DNA from: Octopus sinensis
Taxonomy: Eukaryota
Assembly: GCF_006345805.1 (NCBI RefSeq)
Contig: NC_043019.1
Span: forward strand, 23,745,360 to 23,809,359
Direction of reading: 5' to 3'
Length of the DNA stretch: 64,000 bases
Below the pieces are notes generated by a model, which was given only the letters and a program-made list of their open reading frames with translations, was not told the DNA's origin and ran no database searches. A program made the position numbers and the translations under genes. This document shows, in pieces, positions 1 to 14,731 of the stretch. Numbering within the stretch: position 1 is the stretch's first letter; every line of letters begins with the position of its first letter.

Positions 1-358
1 ATATATATGTATAAAAATATATATAAAAATGCAAAATGGGACAAGAACGCAAAACATTCAAATAGATGACACAAAAAACGGACGGGTCATTCGAAGCCTC
101 TAATCTTCAGTCAAGAACCGGATCATCCTCGCAATTTCGGCTGATTAATCTTGAGATCGCTCCGATCCGGCCAGCCCCAAGGAAAACCTAAGCTACGAGC
201 ATTAGATTTCTTGGAAAAAGGATCGAATGTATACGAAACAAGGACAGAAAAACGGACGATGCCACACGAATATAAATACAAAAAACAATAACCATAACAA
301 CAGGACAAAAACAACGGGTGTCTTTCGACTTTAGACAGTTCAACTTAGCTTAGCTGGC

Positions 359-398
<40 letters not shown>

Positions 399-1684
399 GA
401 GGGTGGGAGGGGTGGAGAGAGAAAGATAAGACGGCCCAAAAGTTCAAGAGTTAGACTGGTGCGTGTTGCTCAGTGCTCAGGAATTCAAAAACATTACTTA
501 CCGGCATATTTCAGCCAAGTTTTTTTCTGTTTCAAGAACACATTCTACATAACTTCAGTTCCTCTGACTTTTTGCCAGACTTGGCAATGTTAGTTGGTCC
601 AAGTTCAGAGTGGAGATTTTGTTTCCTAGCCGTAAAGAGTCTCACTTAATCGAAAATTGTAACTCGCTATATTAACTGAATGTGACTGAATTGTACATAT
701 GTCTAACGTGTGGTACACTCCTCTTCAGCATTGCCAATCAGTTCTCTAGTTTATATTCATAAACAATTTACATACATACATATATGCATACATACATACA
801 TTTATATTTGGTTACTTCTAAGTCGAACCAACTCGCCAATGATATCTAACAAGATTGAAACATCTTTTGTTTTTACCAGTTGATTTTGAACATATCATTC
901 ACTCAAAATTGTTTCGTCTTCATTTAAAATAAAAAAAAATTCGATCGGCCGATATTATTGGAATTGATTTTAGATGTTAAATTTCACTACAGGGAGTTTT
1001 GTGGTCTAATTGCAAAGATAATCTAAAACTTTTCACTCATTATATTACATACGTGACACTATACAGTATGTGAATTTGGCATGCAGGACTACACCCGAGG
1101 AGTATTTACCCTCAGCCATGTGTGTGTGTATGTGTGTTTGTGTGTGTGTGTGTGTTTGTGTTTGTGTGTGTGTGTGTGTGTGTTGTGTGTGTGTGTGTGG
1201 ATGTAGATGAGAGAGAAAGTGAAGGAAGAAGAAAGACAGAGGTTGATGTAAGGAACTGATAACATTTCTATAACTAACACTAACACCCTTACTCATCTGC
1301 TGCTTTATTACAACTTTCATTCTTTTTGCATCTCCTATCGTGACTCATTCTTGTTTTATACAGATGGGCACTCGAATCTGTTAATTTTTGTTTATATTTT
1401 GGGTGTGTTTTATACATATGAATACGTTTTGCTCATGATATATTTAAATCCTTCTTAGCAGAATTCGAGCCGGACGCTATCAAAATGACAAAATTAGACC
1501 GCTGAGTCAAAGCAGTTCCAATGATGTTTGAATCAGTGACTCTGAGTTTATGCGTTAGTGTATGTCCGAATTTGAATGTCTGGTTATTTTGTTTGTATGT
1601 ATTTACGTACATACGTTTGCTTATATTTAGGATTTTAAGTAGTTCTACGCGGAATTCCAATCGGTCATTGACAAAGAGACCGGT

Positions 1685-1718
<34 letters not shown>

Positions 1719-1928
1719 TGTGTATCAAGACAGTTCCATGCTGCTTGTGAACATGTAAATGAAATTGTGTGTGTGTATGAATTGAGTATGTACATAATTT
1801 TACTACACTGCGTGTGTGTGTGTGTGAGAGAGAGATAGAGAGAAGAAGAAGAAGAAGAAGAAGAAGAGAGAGAGAGAGAGATATGACTCTGTTTCATATG
1901 TTTATACTTAATTACTCTTTAAGTAATC

Positions 1929-2095
1929 GGCGCAAGATGGCCAAATAGTTAAGAAGTTTACTTCACAACAATAACGTCCCGAGTTCGATCTCTTCGCGTG
2001 GAATCTTGGGCGGCAAATGTCGTTTTCTATAGCCTTGGGTTCACCCCTATGTTTTGAGTGAAATTGTGCAGACGGAAACTGTACAGAAGCCCATT
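1929..2095 (+). mobile_element. Diverged family-B-related SINE head
   Basis: GGCGCAAGATGGCCAAATAGTTAAG..GAGTTCGATC..CTTGGGC..CTATAGCC..GACGGAAACTG..GAAGCCC. Confidence 0.6.
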
Positions 2096-2400
2096 GTGTG
2101 GATTGTGCCTGTCATTCAAAAGCTAGAGCTTTGTCCCACTAATTCTGCTTGATTTTCATCGAAATGACTTGATATCTTTTTGTCTTCTTTTAATTATTCT
2201 TTGTTTTTAATGTCGTTTTTTTTCACTTCAAGCTTTTTTCATGACTTTTAATTTGTCTTCTTTCTTTCCACCTCCGATCATTCTCCATCTACTTTTTCTT
2301 TTTATAAATTTCCTCAAATCTGCTTCCATTTCTCTCCTTCATTTCTCAATGTCTTCCATCCCACATCCCTCTCTCTTTCTATCATTCTTTCCATTTCTTC

Positions 2401-2457
<57 letters not shown>

Positions 2458-3005
2458 AGGTGTCTGGCCCTCTTCATTTTTTCCTCATTTACTCGCACTA
2501 TGTTTTTGTTTCCCATTCTTTCCTCTGTTTTTCCCTGTGTTTCACTGTCTGCTCACTTGACTACCTGCCATACAAGCTACTGTTGGCTATCTTTCTCTGT
2601 CTCTATTTCTCTACCCATCCATCGCTTATTTATCAAACGAATCCACTTCTCTTTATAATACCTCCTTTTTTTCTCTCACTTATCTCAGCACAGCGACTGC
2701 TTTCTCTTTCCAGTGATACAGAAAGAGTGAAACCAACCAACAAAAGTTTGATACGTGAATTAACGTCACACGTTTTAAGACATTTACGGTAAGGGAGATC
2801 ATCATCGATCTGTCTAAATTTTGCATGCCTACCTTCCTTGCATGCACCCTTTTGTGTCTGGCACGTGACACACTGCACCAGTTCAAGTTTACAAAATTAA
2901 AAGAATCGGGTAGACTCTGCACAAACCTAAAGCAAACTGTGTGTGTAGATTGTTCAGTAATAATAACACTTGCTTTGTTGATGTGACTGCTCATTTGTTG
3001 TTCAC

Positions 3006-3008
<3 letters not shown>

Positions 3009-3081
<73 letters not shown>

Positions 3082-3093
3082 CATACATATATG

Positions 3094-3125
<32 letters not shown>

Positions 3126-3205
3126 CATACATAACATACAAATATATGCAATACATATATATATATATATATATACTATATATATATATATACATACATA
3201 TATAT

Positions 3206-3238
<33 letters not shown>

Positions 3239-3253
3239 CATACATATATATAT

Positions 3254-3300
<47 letters not shown>

Positions 3301-3400
3301 ATACATACCATATATATATAATATACTATATATATATATATATAACACATACATACATATATATATATATATATTATATATATATACACACATACATACA

Positions 3401-3497
<97 letters not shown>
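3009..3497. repeat. (TA)n/(TACA)n microsatellite array
   Basis: Seen directly in the sequence. Confidence 0.97.
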
Positions 3498-5382
3498 GCT
3501 GCTTTGATTTTATGCCAGAAACGTCTTACTAGAGGAAGTGATACGAACGAATTCGGCACATCAGTTCATTATGGAGTGAAAGGTGTTAAAAAATTATATT
3601 TTTTTTCTTTAAAATAAAAGCATGTAAACACAAGTTTTTTTTTTATTAATAAGTACAATATTCTTTAAATTACATATAACATAATAAATAAAATACTGCT
3701 TGAATTACGAACAATCACGTGATTCAGAGCCAAAGATGACAGTGCAATTTTTGCAGGACTGTTTTGTTGCTGTTTTCTAATGGCGTCTTGGTTTAATGAA
3801 TGCTGTTTGTCCAATCACAAAAGTTAATAACTTTTCTACTTGTTTCAGTAGCTTATCACCAGAACAAATCACTTGCCCGCACTTGCTCTTGTAGCTTGCT
3901 GTATTTAATTTTTCATTTATTTTTTGCATACTTCACGGTCGTCATTGCAGCCGACGGAAGCATATTCACAGACCCACAAACCGTAAAACGATCCTTACCT
4001 TCTGAATGATTCGTATTTTATTTTCTAAAGTTACGGTTCGGTGTAGTTTCTTGATGAGTTGAACAATTAGATTCACAAGTTCCTTCTTATCGGACATGGT
4101 TACCCTATTTTATTTTTATTATTACACATTAACCCAGATTTGTCAGAGTGTCGAATATAAGAAACGACAGTATTTGTTCGGCCCTTTACATTTTCTCTTG
4201 AAATGCCACCATTTATCACACAAGGATCGGCAAAACTAAATATACGTCAACATGTCGATGGCATGAAGTAAACACCGCCCCCACCCCGAATTGCTGGCTT
4301 TGTGCCTAATTTAGAAACCGAAGTGACATGGCTGTTAGAATTGTGAGAACGTCTGGAAACTAATGCTTTGCAGTATCTGATCCGGAACTTTACGTTTTGT
4401 ATTTGCTTAATATTTATAGTGGAAATAGGAAGGTATTCCAAACCAATCCATTGTTTGACAAAGTCCGTCAACTTCAATGTCTGGCGATTGGAGTTGATTT
4501 TATTTGGTATTTTTCTTTAGGTATTGCTGCCACACTTCTTTCTGCTTAGTTTCAAACTCCTCTTAGACATGGGTTCAAAAGATACTTGGAATATTGCCAA
4601 GAAATCAGTAACGGGCCAAGTTCTTAAGACGTGCCAAATAATTGTTTAGTGTGAATACAAAATGTCCCATATTAAAGCTCTGGTAAGACATGGCAGGATT
4701 TGCATGAAAAAAGATTACAAATGAGAGGAGTAGCTTTAGTCTGTTCCTGATAAATTCCAAAATATATATGCTTAGATATATCCCCCCCTCCCCCAAAGTT
4801 ATATACATCCGTTTAATTTGTTTTGGACGAATGTCTCAGAATGCGATCTTAAAAGCCTGTCAGTCTCATCTCTTCGTATAATCCGATGGAATGGTTATGC
4901 AGGTGGAACTCCTTTCAGCTTAGGATAAATATAATAACGATTATAAATTGTGGACGAAATTCAAAGGCTATGAATTTCCATCCGCATCTTATATATATAA
5001 CGATATGATATGTAGACATAAACACATAAATGTAGAAGTGTGTGTATGTGCACACTCACACACAGAGGTACATATATGTGTAATAATTTTATATTCGAGT
5101 AGACATCTTGTAGGATGCTGTTTAAAGCCGGGTCACAATATTCGGATACCTGATGTCAACAACAGTCATGGAGGTATATACATAGGCACATATGTATGTA
5201 TTAATACAACATTTACATATGGATATGTAAACATATATATGTGTGTGTGCAAACAGATAGTAGTGTACTTCTGTTAGGTACACAGAATAATACGCAAACG
5301 AAATTCTTTTTTAAAGCAATTATTAAATATAAGGAAAAGCAACAACAACGATAATAATAATAACAACAACAACAACAACAGC

Positions 5383-5420
<38 letters not shown>

Positions 5421-5421
<1 letters not shown>

Positions 5422-5867
5422 TCTTTTTACTATAGACACAAGGCCTTAAGATTTTTGGGGGAAGGGGCTACTCGATTACATCGCCCCCAAAAGGATGAAA
5501 GGCAAAGTCAACCTGGGCAGAATTCGAACTCAGAACGGAAGGACAGACGAAATGCCGCTGAGCAGTTTGCCTAGCGTGCTAACGGTTCTGTCTTCTCGCT
5601 GTCTTAATAATAATAATAAGAATAAGAATAATAATAATAAGAAGAAGAAGAATCCTTTCTACTATAGGCACACAGCCTGAAATTTTTTGGGGACGGGACT
5701 ATTTGATTACATCGACCCCAGTGTTTCACCGGTACTTAATTTATCGAACCCGAAAGGATGAAAGGCAAAGTCGACCTCTGCGGAATTTGAACTTAGAACG
5801 TGGAGATAAACAAAATGCCGCTAATCATTTCAACCGGCGTGCTAACGATTCTGCCAGCTTCGCCGCC

Positions 5868-5869
<2 letters not shown>
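5421..5869 (-). mobile_element. Two tandem family-A SINEs (5421-5605, 5651-5869)
   Basis: Reverse complement of a tRNA-like head (GGCGGCGAGCTGGCAGAA..GTTAGC; B-box GAGTTCAAATTCC) plus the core GCCTTTCATCCTTTCGGGGTCGATAAATTAAGTAC. (AAT)n flanks. Confidence 0.85.
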
Positions 5870-5950
<81 letters not shown>

Positions 5951-6616
5951 TTTGTTGGGTAAAAATCTGGAAGAGTATTCAATACAAACGTAGAGCTCAG
6001 ATAGTTCCAGTGTACTCACGCGCGCGCACCACACACACACACATAATGAAAGGGTTGCTTCAGCCGGTACATAATCTGGGGCACTGAGGGCCAAGAAAGG
6101 GCCTGTAATTAATATTGGCTTCCAACACCTAAAGAAAGAAAGAAGAAAAAAGGAAGGAAGGAAGAAAGGAAATCAGCAGCCTTGAATTTTGAGAAGATCC
6201 TCTCATCCCGGTGTCCGAAAGTACATTTGTTCCGTCTTATGAAATTTTTCTCGGACGAACTATTTTTCTCACTTTAGTCGAATCAGTTCACGCGGATAAA
6301 TACTATATCAACTGTTTGTTTCGTAGACGTTATTTGTCCGACATCTGCAGGAAGAGTAGGAAGGAGGGGGTAACATACAAACAAAAGAGAAAAAATACAG
6401 AAAAAATAACAAACAAAAAAGGAAATACTCGTGTTTTTTTTCCTCCTTCGCTTTTGATTTATTTCTCACCAGTTCTTCAAACCGAAAACATTGCATTTTA
6501 TTGCTTGGCATTATCGATATTGTGCAGTATATAAATATATATATATATATATATAGGAGAAATAGATATAAAATTATTTCACACATTTTCACAAACATCA
6601 CTATATATATATATAT

Positions 6617-6651
<35 letters not shown>

Positions 6652-7150
6652 ATCTGTATGTGTGTTTGTATGTACAGAAAACGATGTGTTTGTATATACA
6701 TACATACACATATATATGAAAGTTTACGAGAATTATTCTTGCGCTACCTCGGCTATTCGAGTTGTTGGGTTACCGAACTTTTTACACTGACCAGCAGACG
6801 ATAAATTTCTTTCAAAGGAGAAACCAGCAGAACTTAGCAGGTAAAAGGAAAATTATTATATATTTGCAAGCAATATTGTCAAAATGTAAACATTAACCCA
6901 TTCGGTTAATGTAAACATTAACTTATTCTTCTTTCTATCTTTGAGATGATAAGTATTTATTTTGTTTCATCCTTCCTTTTGCCGCTGCCACTGTTTTTTA
7001 TTTTTTATTATTGATGAAATATCCAAAACTTCTCAGTGACATGAATTCATTATTGTAATTTAAGGAGTGTCGTAAAAACTGGATTATTTTATTGAAATTC
7101 TCCTCTTAGCAGGAGAGAAAAAAACATACTTAGATCTGTAAGCACTGTAG

Positions 7151-7440
<290 letters not shown>

Positions 7441-7730
7441 TATGAATTTATGTTTGTAAGTATGTGTGTATACTTGCATGTGTGTATATATACATGTGTA
7501 TATGTGTATATGTATGTATGATGTGTATGCGCTCGTGTATGCATATATGCATGTAGGGTTTGGATCTATTCCATCTCAATGAGATGTATACGCACATGTA
7601 TACGCAAAACATGCACACACACACACACACCACACACACACACACACACCATTCTGTACTCCAAGAAGTACACATTCACCTCATCAATACTTAGTTATAT
7701 GTTTACCTAATGTTTCAGTTACACCAATGT

Positions 7731-7770
<40 letters not shown>

Positions 7771-7876
7771 AAGAAAGTGTGTATACGCCTTGTGTGTGCT
7801 TGTGTTTTGAGTATGTGGTTGCGTGTGCGTGTTTATACATGTGTATGCATGTGCATGCATACACACACACAGTGTT

Positions 7877-7932
<56 letters not shown>

Positions 7933-8216
7933 GAAAAGAGAGAGAGAGAGAGATCTACTCTCTACCCAGTCACGTGCATATACATGTGCGAATGTTGGAT
8001 GAATCCACGGATGGGTAACTCTCTCTCTCTCTCTCTCTCTCATTATTTATGCATAAAGCGATTCGACAAACACAATCGATGTAATGCAGTCCAAACTGGC
8101 TCTAGTATTTTCTTGTCTGAGGAAAAAACTGTACACAAAGAAAGTTTCATTGGAAATAACCAAAATAAATTCCTCTACCGTGGTATTATGTTTTCCTGTT
8201 CCTTTACATCAACACA

Positions 8217-8267
<51 letters not shown>

Positions 8268-8274
8268 CATATAT

Positions 8275-8323
<49 letters not shown>

Positions 8324-9444
8324 GTGAAATTTTGGCCCAGTTATTGTTTTATCCACAATAAAGCTAAGTCAGTAAAACGCTTGAAACGCGGGTCGAAACA
8401 TCTGGCCGTGTTATAGAATATAAGTAAATATTTGTGTGTGTTTGTGTGTATTGACATGCAAGCACATACAAACACACGTACCCCCGCCAGCCTGTGATTA
8501 TCTTTTAAATTCGTTCCTTTTCAATTATGACACAAGAAGCAAATATTCCTGTGTCCTAGAAAAAAAAAAAACATCTTGCAATTTGCAATTATTCATTGAG
8601 ATATATAATTAGATGCTCTCTCTTCCATTGTATCGAGTACTTTTATTGATTCTTAACTATCTCGGCTATACGACTAAAGACATCTGTACCGTTGATTTTA
8701 ACCAGGTGTGATTTTCAACCAAGTGGCTTTGGGTACGCCCGATCCTGCTTTCCACTCTGGGCAAGAGGCGTGTTCTCTGCCTTCCGGTCACCCAATGCCT
8801 TTTCAGTTAAGGTTTATTTACGTAATCAGTATGAAAATCCGTTGTGAGTCTGAAGATGGAGACGAATATCAGCGCCTACGAAACTTTGAATAATGGCAGT
8901 TGAGTCAGTTTGTTATTACGCTTCCAATTAGATGAGTTGAATGCGACATTTTTCGTTTATTTACTACCGCCACACACACACATTGCTATCATGTTGAACC
9001 TCTTACTCGGGTATAAATGTTACTAAGTAAAAAGAAAAGTACCAACATTTGTCTGTTTCTATAAACGTTACTGATTGCAAATGGTGTGAATTGGACCAGG
9101 CTCATTCTTTGGTTCTGTGTTTGGTTAGATATTAGGATGCTGTTAGATATTGAAATACTGCGATAAGTGAATTATTACGGGGAAAATAAATTTTAATTAA
9201 TGAATTCTCGGCGAATTTTCCATCCAGCTTCTCACCCCGAAAACGATGTCGAGAAGCGTGTAAGCGTCCAGTGTCGCTCGCTCTTGTTATTCCATATTTT
9301 TTACACTCTTCCCTGGAAAGAATCCTTTGGACAAAACCCGCTACAACAAACCTTTTCGACAGGATATTTCTCAATGAAAACCAAAGAAAGATAAAACAGT
9401 CTTGGTTAAAAAAAAATGGTTTTGTGACTAATCATTATTTTATT

Positions 9445-9947
9445 CAGAAACGTTAGCACACCGGACGAAATGCGAAGCCCTATTTCGTCCGCCGTTACGT
9501 TCTGAGTTAAAATACCGCCAAGGTCGACTTTGCCTTTCATCCTTTCGAGGTCGATAAATTAAGTACCAGTTACGCACTTGGGTCTATATAATCGACCTAA
9601 TCCATTTGTATGTCCTTGTTTGTCCTCTCTGTGTTTAGCCCCTTGTGGATAGTAAAGAAAGAGGTATTTCGTCTGTCTTTATGTTCTGAGTTCAAATTCC
9701 GCAGAGGGCGACTTTGCCTTTCATCCTTTCGGGGTCGATAAATTAAGTACCAGTTGCATACTGGGGTCGATCCAATCGATTGGCCCCTCCCCCAAAATTT
9801 CGGGCCTTGTACCAAGAATAGAAAAGAATCTTTAGTACGCCGGACAAAATGCTTGGCGGCATTTCGTCCGTCTTTGCGTTCTGAGTTCAAAATCTATCGA
9901 GGTCGACTTTGCCTTTCATCCTTTCGGAGTTCGATAAAATTGAACAC
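9445..9947 (+). mobile_element. Three tandem family-A SINEs (9445-9660, 9661-9829, 9831-9947)
   Basis: Three successive B-box/core blocks with two different 3' tail types. Confidence 0.85.
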
Positions 9948-10606
9948 TGAGGTCAATTAAAACTTCTTACTCACCACCCCGAAGTTGCTTTCGTATTCCT
10001 CCATGTCTCTAATCCATCCATCCATCGACAATCCTCACCGCTGTTGTCTGCACCGCCGACATCGCCTACTATATCAACACTACCGTAACCCCCATCATAT
10101 AGCATCAACACGTCTCCCCCACCTTCATAGCCACCACCACGACCCTACCGTCGCTGTCACTACTGAAATCCTCTACTCCTCCTTCGCCGCCATCATAGCA
10201 ACCACCACCACCATCACAGACATCACCAAGAACTATTATTTTCACATGGCCCGATAGTAATATTCCTCAAGAAAAACATACTCTCGCACGATGCACGCAC
10301 TGCCGCGTACGCACGCACATACACATACAGACGTAGATTCTTAGCGAGACATAACGGCATATTCTTGAACACACACACACACACACATACACACACACAT
10401 ACACACACACGCTCATTTTGAACCCTTGTAAACGGGCTGTACAAACAAATACATGCTACACGCGCACCCACTCACATACGTACACCGAGGTGAAATAGAC
10501 TTGCAGATATAAATACGTGTGCGTAAAGCTATATTTCCTTTTCCTTCAGAGATGACACGAACCTCCTTCTAGCCTGCTCTTGTGATCATAAATTGGTGAT
10601 TTTCAG

Positions 10607-10766
10607 GAGGATGCATATGGTTTAAAGCAATTCGGATGTTGCTTCCCCTCGGTTTTGGTCTCGCCAGATGGTTTGTTAACAGCCAGGCTTTTTAATAATC
10701 AGCAGGCTACGCCAGATGAAAAATGGTGTGAAGCCGCGTCGGGCTTCGTGCGATCACAGACTTTGA
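10607..10766 (+). CDS. Candidate internal coding exon (product unknown)
   Basis: TTTTCAG| acceptor, 53 open codons (EDAYGLKQFGCCFPSVLVSPDGLLTARLFNNQQATPDEKWCEAASGFVRSQTL), a |GTATGT donor, and locally high GC. No homologue recognised. Confidence 0.3.
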
Positions 10767-11624
10767 GTATGTAGAGACATATGCACAAAGACATACATAT
10801 TGCAAATACATACATACAGTGAAATCGCACAAATGCATGGAGATATATACGCGAGTTTATATACAAAGATATTCGAGGTGACATAAAAAAAAGGTATGCA
10901 TAGCTATTTGCATATACATGTGTGCACGCATATATACATACATATCCTCCCATTCAAACACAGATTGTAACGATGATAGAATGTGTGTGTGTGTGTGTGT
11001 AATTTAGGCAGATGTACATATAGGCTCATACACAAACGCGTGTGTTTTTAAAGATTTTGCTATATTATTCTGTATTGAAAATATTGGAGTGAGAGTTTGT
11101 GAGGCAATTAATATAGATGAGAAACATACAAAGAGAGAGGAATAGAATGTTTGTAAGAATTTAGGACAGTGAAACACCAAAATATTTCAGAGTGAGAGAC
11201 AGAGACAGAGGGAGAGAGAGAGACAGAGAGAGAGAGAGCGCAAACGTACTATTTAAAAGTCACACTTGATTTCCGTGATTGAAGTTGAGTTCTGCAATCT
11301 ACTACAATTAAACCAGCAAACATGGGTTGTTTTTTTTCTTTTCTCTTCTTTTTATATATATATTTTTTGACAGTTCGTGTGTTTCTGCCGTTTGGCAGGA
11401 TGTTGCTGCTTACATTCAATTCGGTCACTGGTTTCTATTTACTCGACTAACAAAGTTGCAAATGGGATAGCAGTATCCGGATTCGAACCAGGGGGAAGTC
11501 CTGTGCTATTTTCTTTTACGACCTGTTACCAATGATTTCTTTATATTTGCTCCAAATCTTACATATGCGAGGAGGAAAACGAGACTGTGTCGTTCGGAAA
11601 GACATTAGCAGCGTGCAATTATAT

Positions 11625-12033
11625 ACTCTTTTTACTCTTTTACTTGTTTCAGTCATTTGACTGCGGCCATGCTGGAGCACCGCCTTTAATCGAGCAGCTC
11701 GACCCCGGGACTTATACTTTTGTAAGCCCAGTACTTATTCTATCGGTCTCTTTTGCCGAACCGCTAAGTGACGGGGACATAAACAGACCAGCATCGGTTG
11801 TCAAGCGATGTTGGGGGGACAAACACAGATACACAAACACACACACACGCATATATATAGATATACATATATACGACGGGCTTCTTTCAGTTTCCGTCTA
11901 CCAAATCCACTCACAAGGCTTTGGTCAGCCCGAGGCTATAGTAGAAGACACTTGCCCAAGGTGCCACGCAGTGGGACTGAACCCGGAACCATGTGGTTGG
12001 TAAGCAAGCTACTTACCATACAACCACTCCTGC
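11625..12033 (-). mobile_element. Family-B tRNA-derived SINE, full length (about 410 bp)
   Basis: Reverse complement of the 34175 copy, with an internal (TA/CA)n and a GTAAAAGA tail. Confidence 0.92.
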
Positions 12034-13640
12034 TATGAAGCAGTTTCGGCATGAAATCGTGACCGGGTCGTGGATTCAGCTCATTCGCAATTTCTTGCTT
12101 CACTCTAGACTGCTTACGGTCCCCTCCATTTTTTGAAAATGCAAATAAGGGTTTACCAAAGAAGTTTAATATTATAGCTAAATTTGTTTCGAATCAGAAG
12201 GATGCACAAGAAATCACTTATTTCAGGTTTCCGTAATGCAAAACCCAACGGAAATAAAGCTCTTTCTCCTTGGACAGGGTTGATCGAAAGCAAATTCTTC
12301 TGCTGAGATTATAGTGCAGTCTTTCAATCATCTCTTTTTTCACAATGTTACCGCCGCTGTTACCTGATATTCTATTTTGGAGACATACTTTGTGACTTAG
12401 ACAACACAATATCAATGACAGAATATGAAACCCCGAGCTCTCTGGACAACCTATTGATCTAACCGTCTGCGCTCTCTACAATGAGACAAGATAATCTTGA
12501 ATTTCTTATTCACGAGACGTAGATTTATGGTGTGGCGGCAGGGAAGGAAATGAAATTGAGCGACGTTCATATCTATTATCAGCAATTTGCAGGTACGCAG
12601 GTGAAGTAGACTGTCTCTCTTACGGCCTGTCAATCATTCGAAGAATCAAAATTAAATATAACAAATCTTTGTTTTTCCGGAATCGGAGTGCCAGTACCAA
12701 TTGTTCGTTTAACAAATCTCAAAGACAGCTTGGAGGTTTATTAATGTCCAACTCTTTATATTGGTCTATAACAAACAAACAACAATACCATTTCACTTTT
12801 GGACTAATGAAGACATATGCTTTTTAACTGTATATGTGTATTTCATATTGTAAGGGGCGTTGTAGTCTCCTACATTGGTGAACTTGATTGATGTTCAACT
12901 TTAACATCTGCTGAGAAGATGCGATGTGAGATAGGGTTCTAAAGGGCTGCATTTCTGGAAAGGATTTTGGTAAAAGGCTTAGTACAGGGAATGTGTGTTG
13001 TGTTCTAAGTTTAAACATCAGGCATTTACTCTCTCATCCTCCTCTGTTTTCTTGTTGAATAATATATCAGATACATAAATTAGAACTGTCAACGCAATAG
13101 TGTTTTTATTTTGCCAAACAGGATGCTGCTGATAATATTCAGTGGTTTTTATCATATTGTCAGATTTACGATTCAAAACGCATTCATAGCACATTTAGAA
13201 TAAAAATTCTAGCAGAAAATTAATTAAAGCTGTCAGAAAGTAAGGGATGTTCGTAGTGAAACAAGAGAGTGCTTTTTGAATAGTTGAAAAATACTGTCAA
13301 AACAAGAATCAGTGACATCAATAACAAAACTAGAAAACGACTTGGTGCCGTCTTATGTCAAAATAGCTTAATAGATTCTAAATTTTTTGTATCATTTGTT
13401 TATATATTTGTGTTGTTGTTGTTATTTTTATGGCTTTGTAAATGTTATTTACATCCAATAACTCTTTAATAAACATTATTAATAAAACATCAGTCATTAA
13501 GAATCCCTATGATTCATAATCGATATAAGAATGTAACTAAACATACTTGTTATGTTAGGTTTGAAAATTTTCCAATTAACCTGATAAAATGGTCGGAACA
13601 GGTATACATCAATCAAAACGGTCATAACATAGTGACATTA

Positions 13641-13951
13641 TATTGGGTTGGCAACTAAGTTCCCGCCGTTTTTTAAAATTTAAATTTTTTAAAAGGTTTA
13701 ATGAAAAAGACAACTAATTAATCAATAATGTATTCACCCTTGTTGTTTACAACTTCTTCCCAACGTTCTACAAGATTTTCAATACCTCTTTGGTAGAACT
13801 CACCCGATTTCGACTCGAAAAATCGATCCAACCAAGCTCTCAATTCTGCATCAGTATTGAACGAAACTCCGCGCATAGCATTTGAAAGAGATCGAAAGAG
13901 GTAGAAATCCGTTGGTGCCAAATCAGGAGAGTACGGCCGTTGTGACAGCAC
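13641..13951 (-). mobile_element. Mariner transposase 3' fragment with terminal inverted repeat (TIR)
   Basis: PYSPDLAPTDFYLFRSLSNAMRG...LVERWEEVVNNKGEYIID* (13718-13950). The terminus TA|TATTGGGTTGGCAACTAAGT is at 13641. The fragment is truncated by (TG)n. Confidence 0.92.
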
Positions 13952-14190
13952 GTGTGTGTGTGTGTGTTTGTGTGTGTGTAGAAAAACACAAATATCCACT
14001 GGAGAAATGAGTGGTCATTGTAATAAAGTCCACTTTATAGGACGGGTCAATATGCCCAGAGTGATGCCTTTGAAGCTATTTCTAATTTGACCTTTGGATT
14101 GTTCTCTGTAGTAACTATTCTCCTTAGACAAACAACAGACTTTTACATTCATTTTAAACACATTCATATACAACAAAAGTAACACATTCA

Positions 14191-14460
14191 TCTGTATATA
14201 TATAAGGCAGGATGCGTGTGTGTGTGTACGTGATTGTAGTTTATGCACATCCACAAATTAGCACGCATGTCGCTCAAATTTCAGGAGGACATTCGTCACG
14301 ATCCCAGCTGTATTTTCGTCAACTTATTTTCCCCCGAGGCACCCGCAAATAGCGGTAAATAATTTTGAGCCATAACTTCAATTTTCACGGCGGAGAAATC
14401 CACTGTAGTGACGCCATTATTGTTGACAAAACATGAGTTAAGTCCCCTTCTATCGACGGT
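14191..14460 (+). mobile_element. Helitron-like 5' end (non-autonomous fragment)
   Basis: A|TCTGTATATATATAAGGCAGGATG..GTGTGTG: a TC start after A with a TATATA-A motif, typical of invertebrate Helitron 5' termini. No 3' CTRR hairpin was found. Confidence 0.4.
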
Positions 14461-14471
14461 GTAAAGAGAAA

Positions 14472-14522
<51 letters not shown>

Positions 14523-14609
14523 TTAAAATTTCTTTTTAGTGAGTGATTGACAGACAAAAACAGATAGACGGGTGTTGTTATGTATGTATGTATGTGTGAA
14601 TGGCTTCAG

Positions 14610-14652
<43 letters not shown>

Positions 14653-14731
14653 GAGACTCACACGAGCATTTATGCGTACAAAACCGATGCATGCAATGTG
14701 TGTGTTAACCGTATATATATATATATATATA

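Noticed and set aside
4250-4720. Coding-looking minus-strand stretch loosely reminiscent of a piggyBac transposase
   Set aside because: It has many stops and only a vague motif resemblance, so it cannot be supported without a search.
8840-8910. CTGAAGA...GAAAC hammerhead-like spacing on the plus strand
   Set aside because: Stem II is poorly paired and no convincing stem I could be built.
9971-10010. Minus-strand mini-exon DMEEYESNFGV with a GTGAGT donor
   Set aside because: It has no polypyrimidine acceptor and is embedded in low-complexity GGT/GAT sequence.
12830-12960. VGDYNAP peptide resembling the LINE endonuclease GDFNA motif
   Set aside because: A single short motif in a frame with stops is insufficient evidence.
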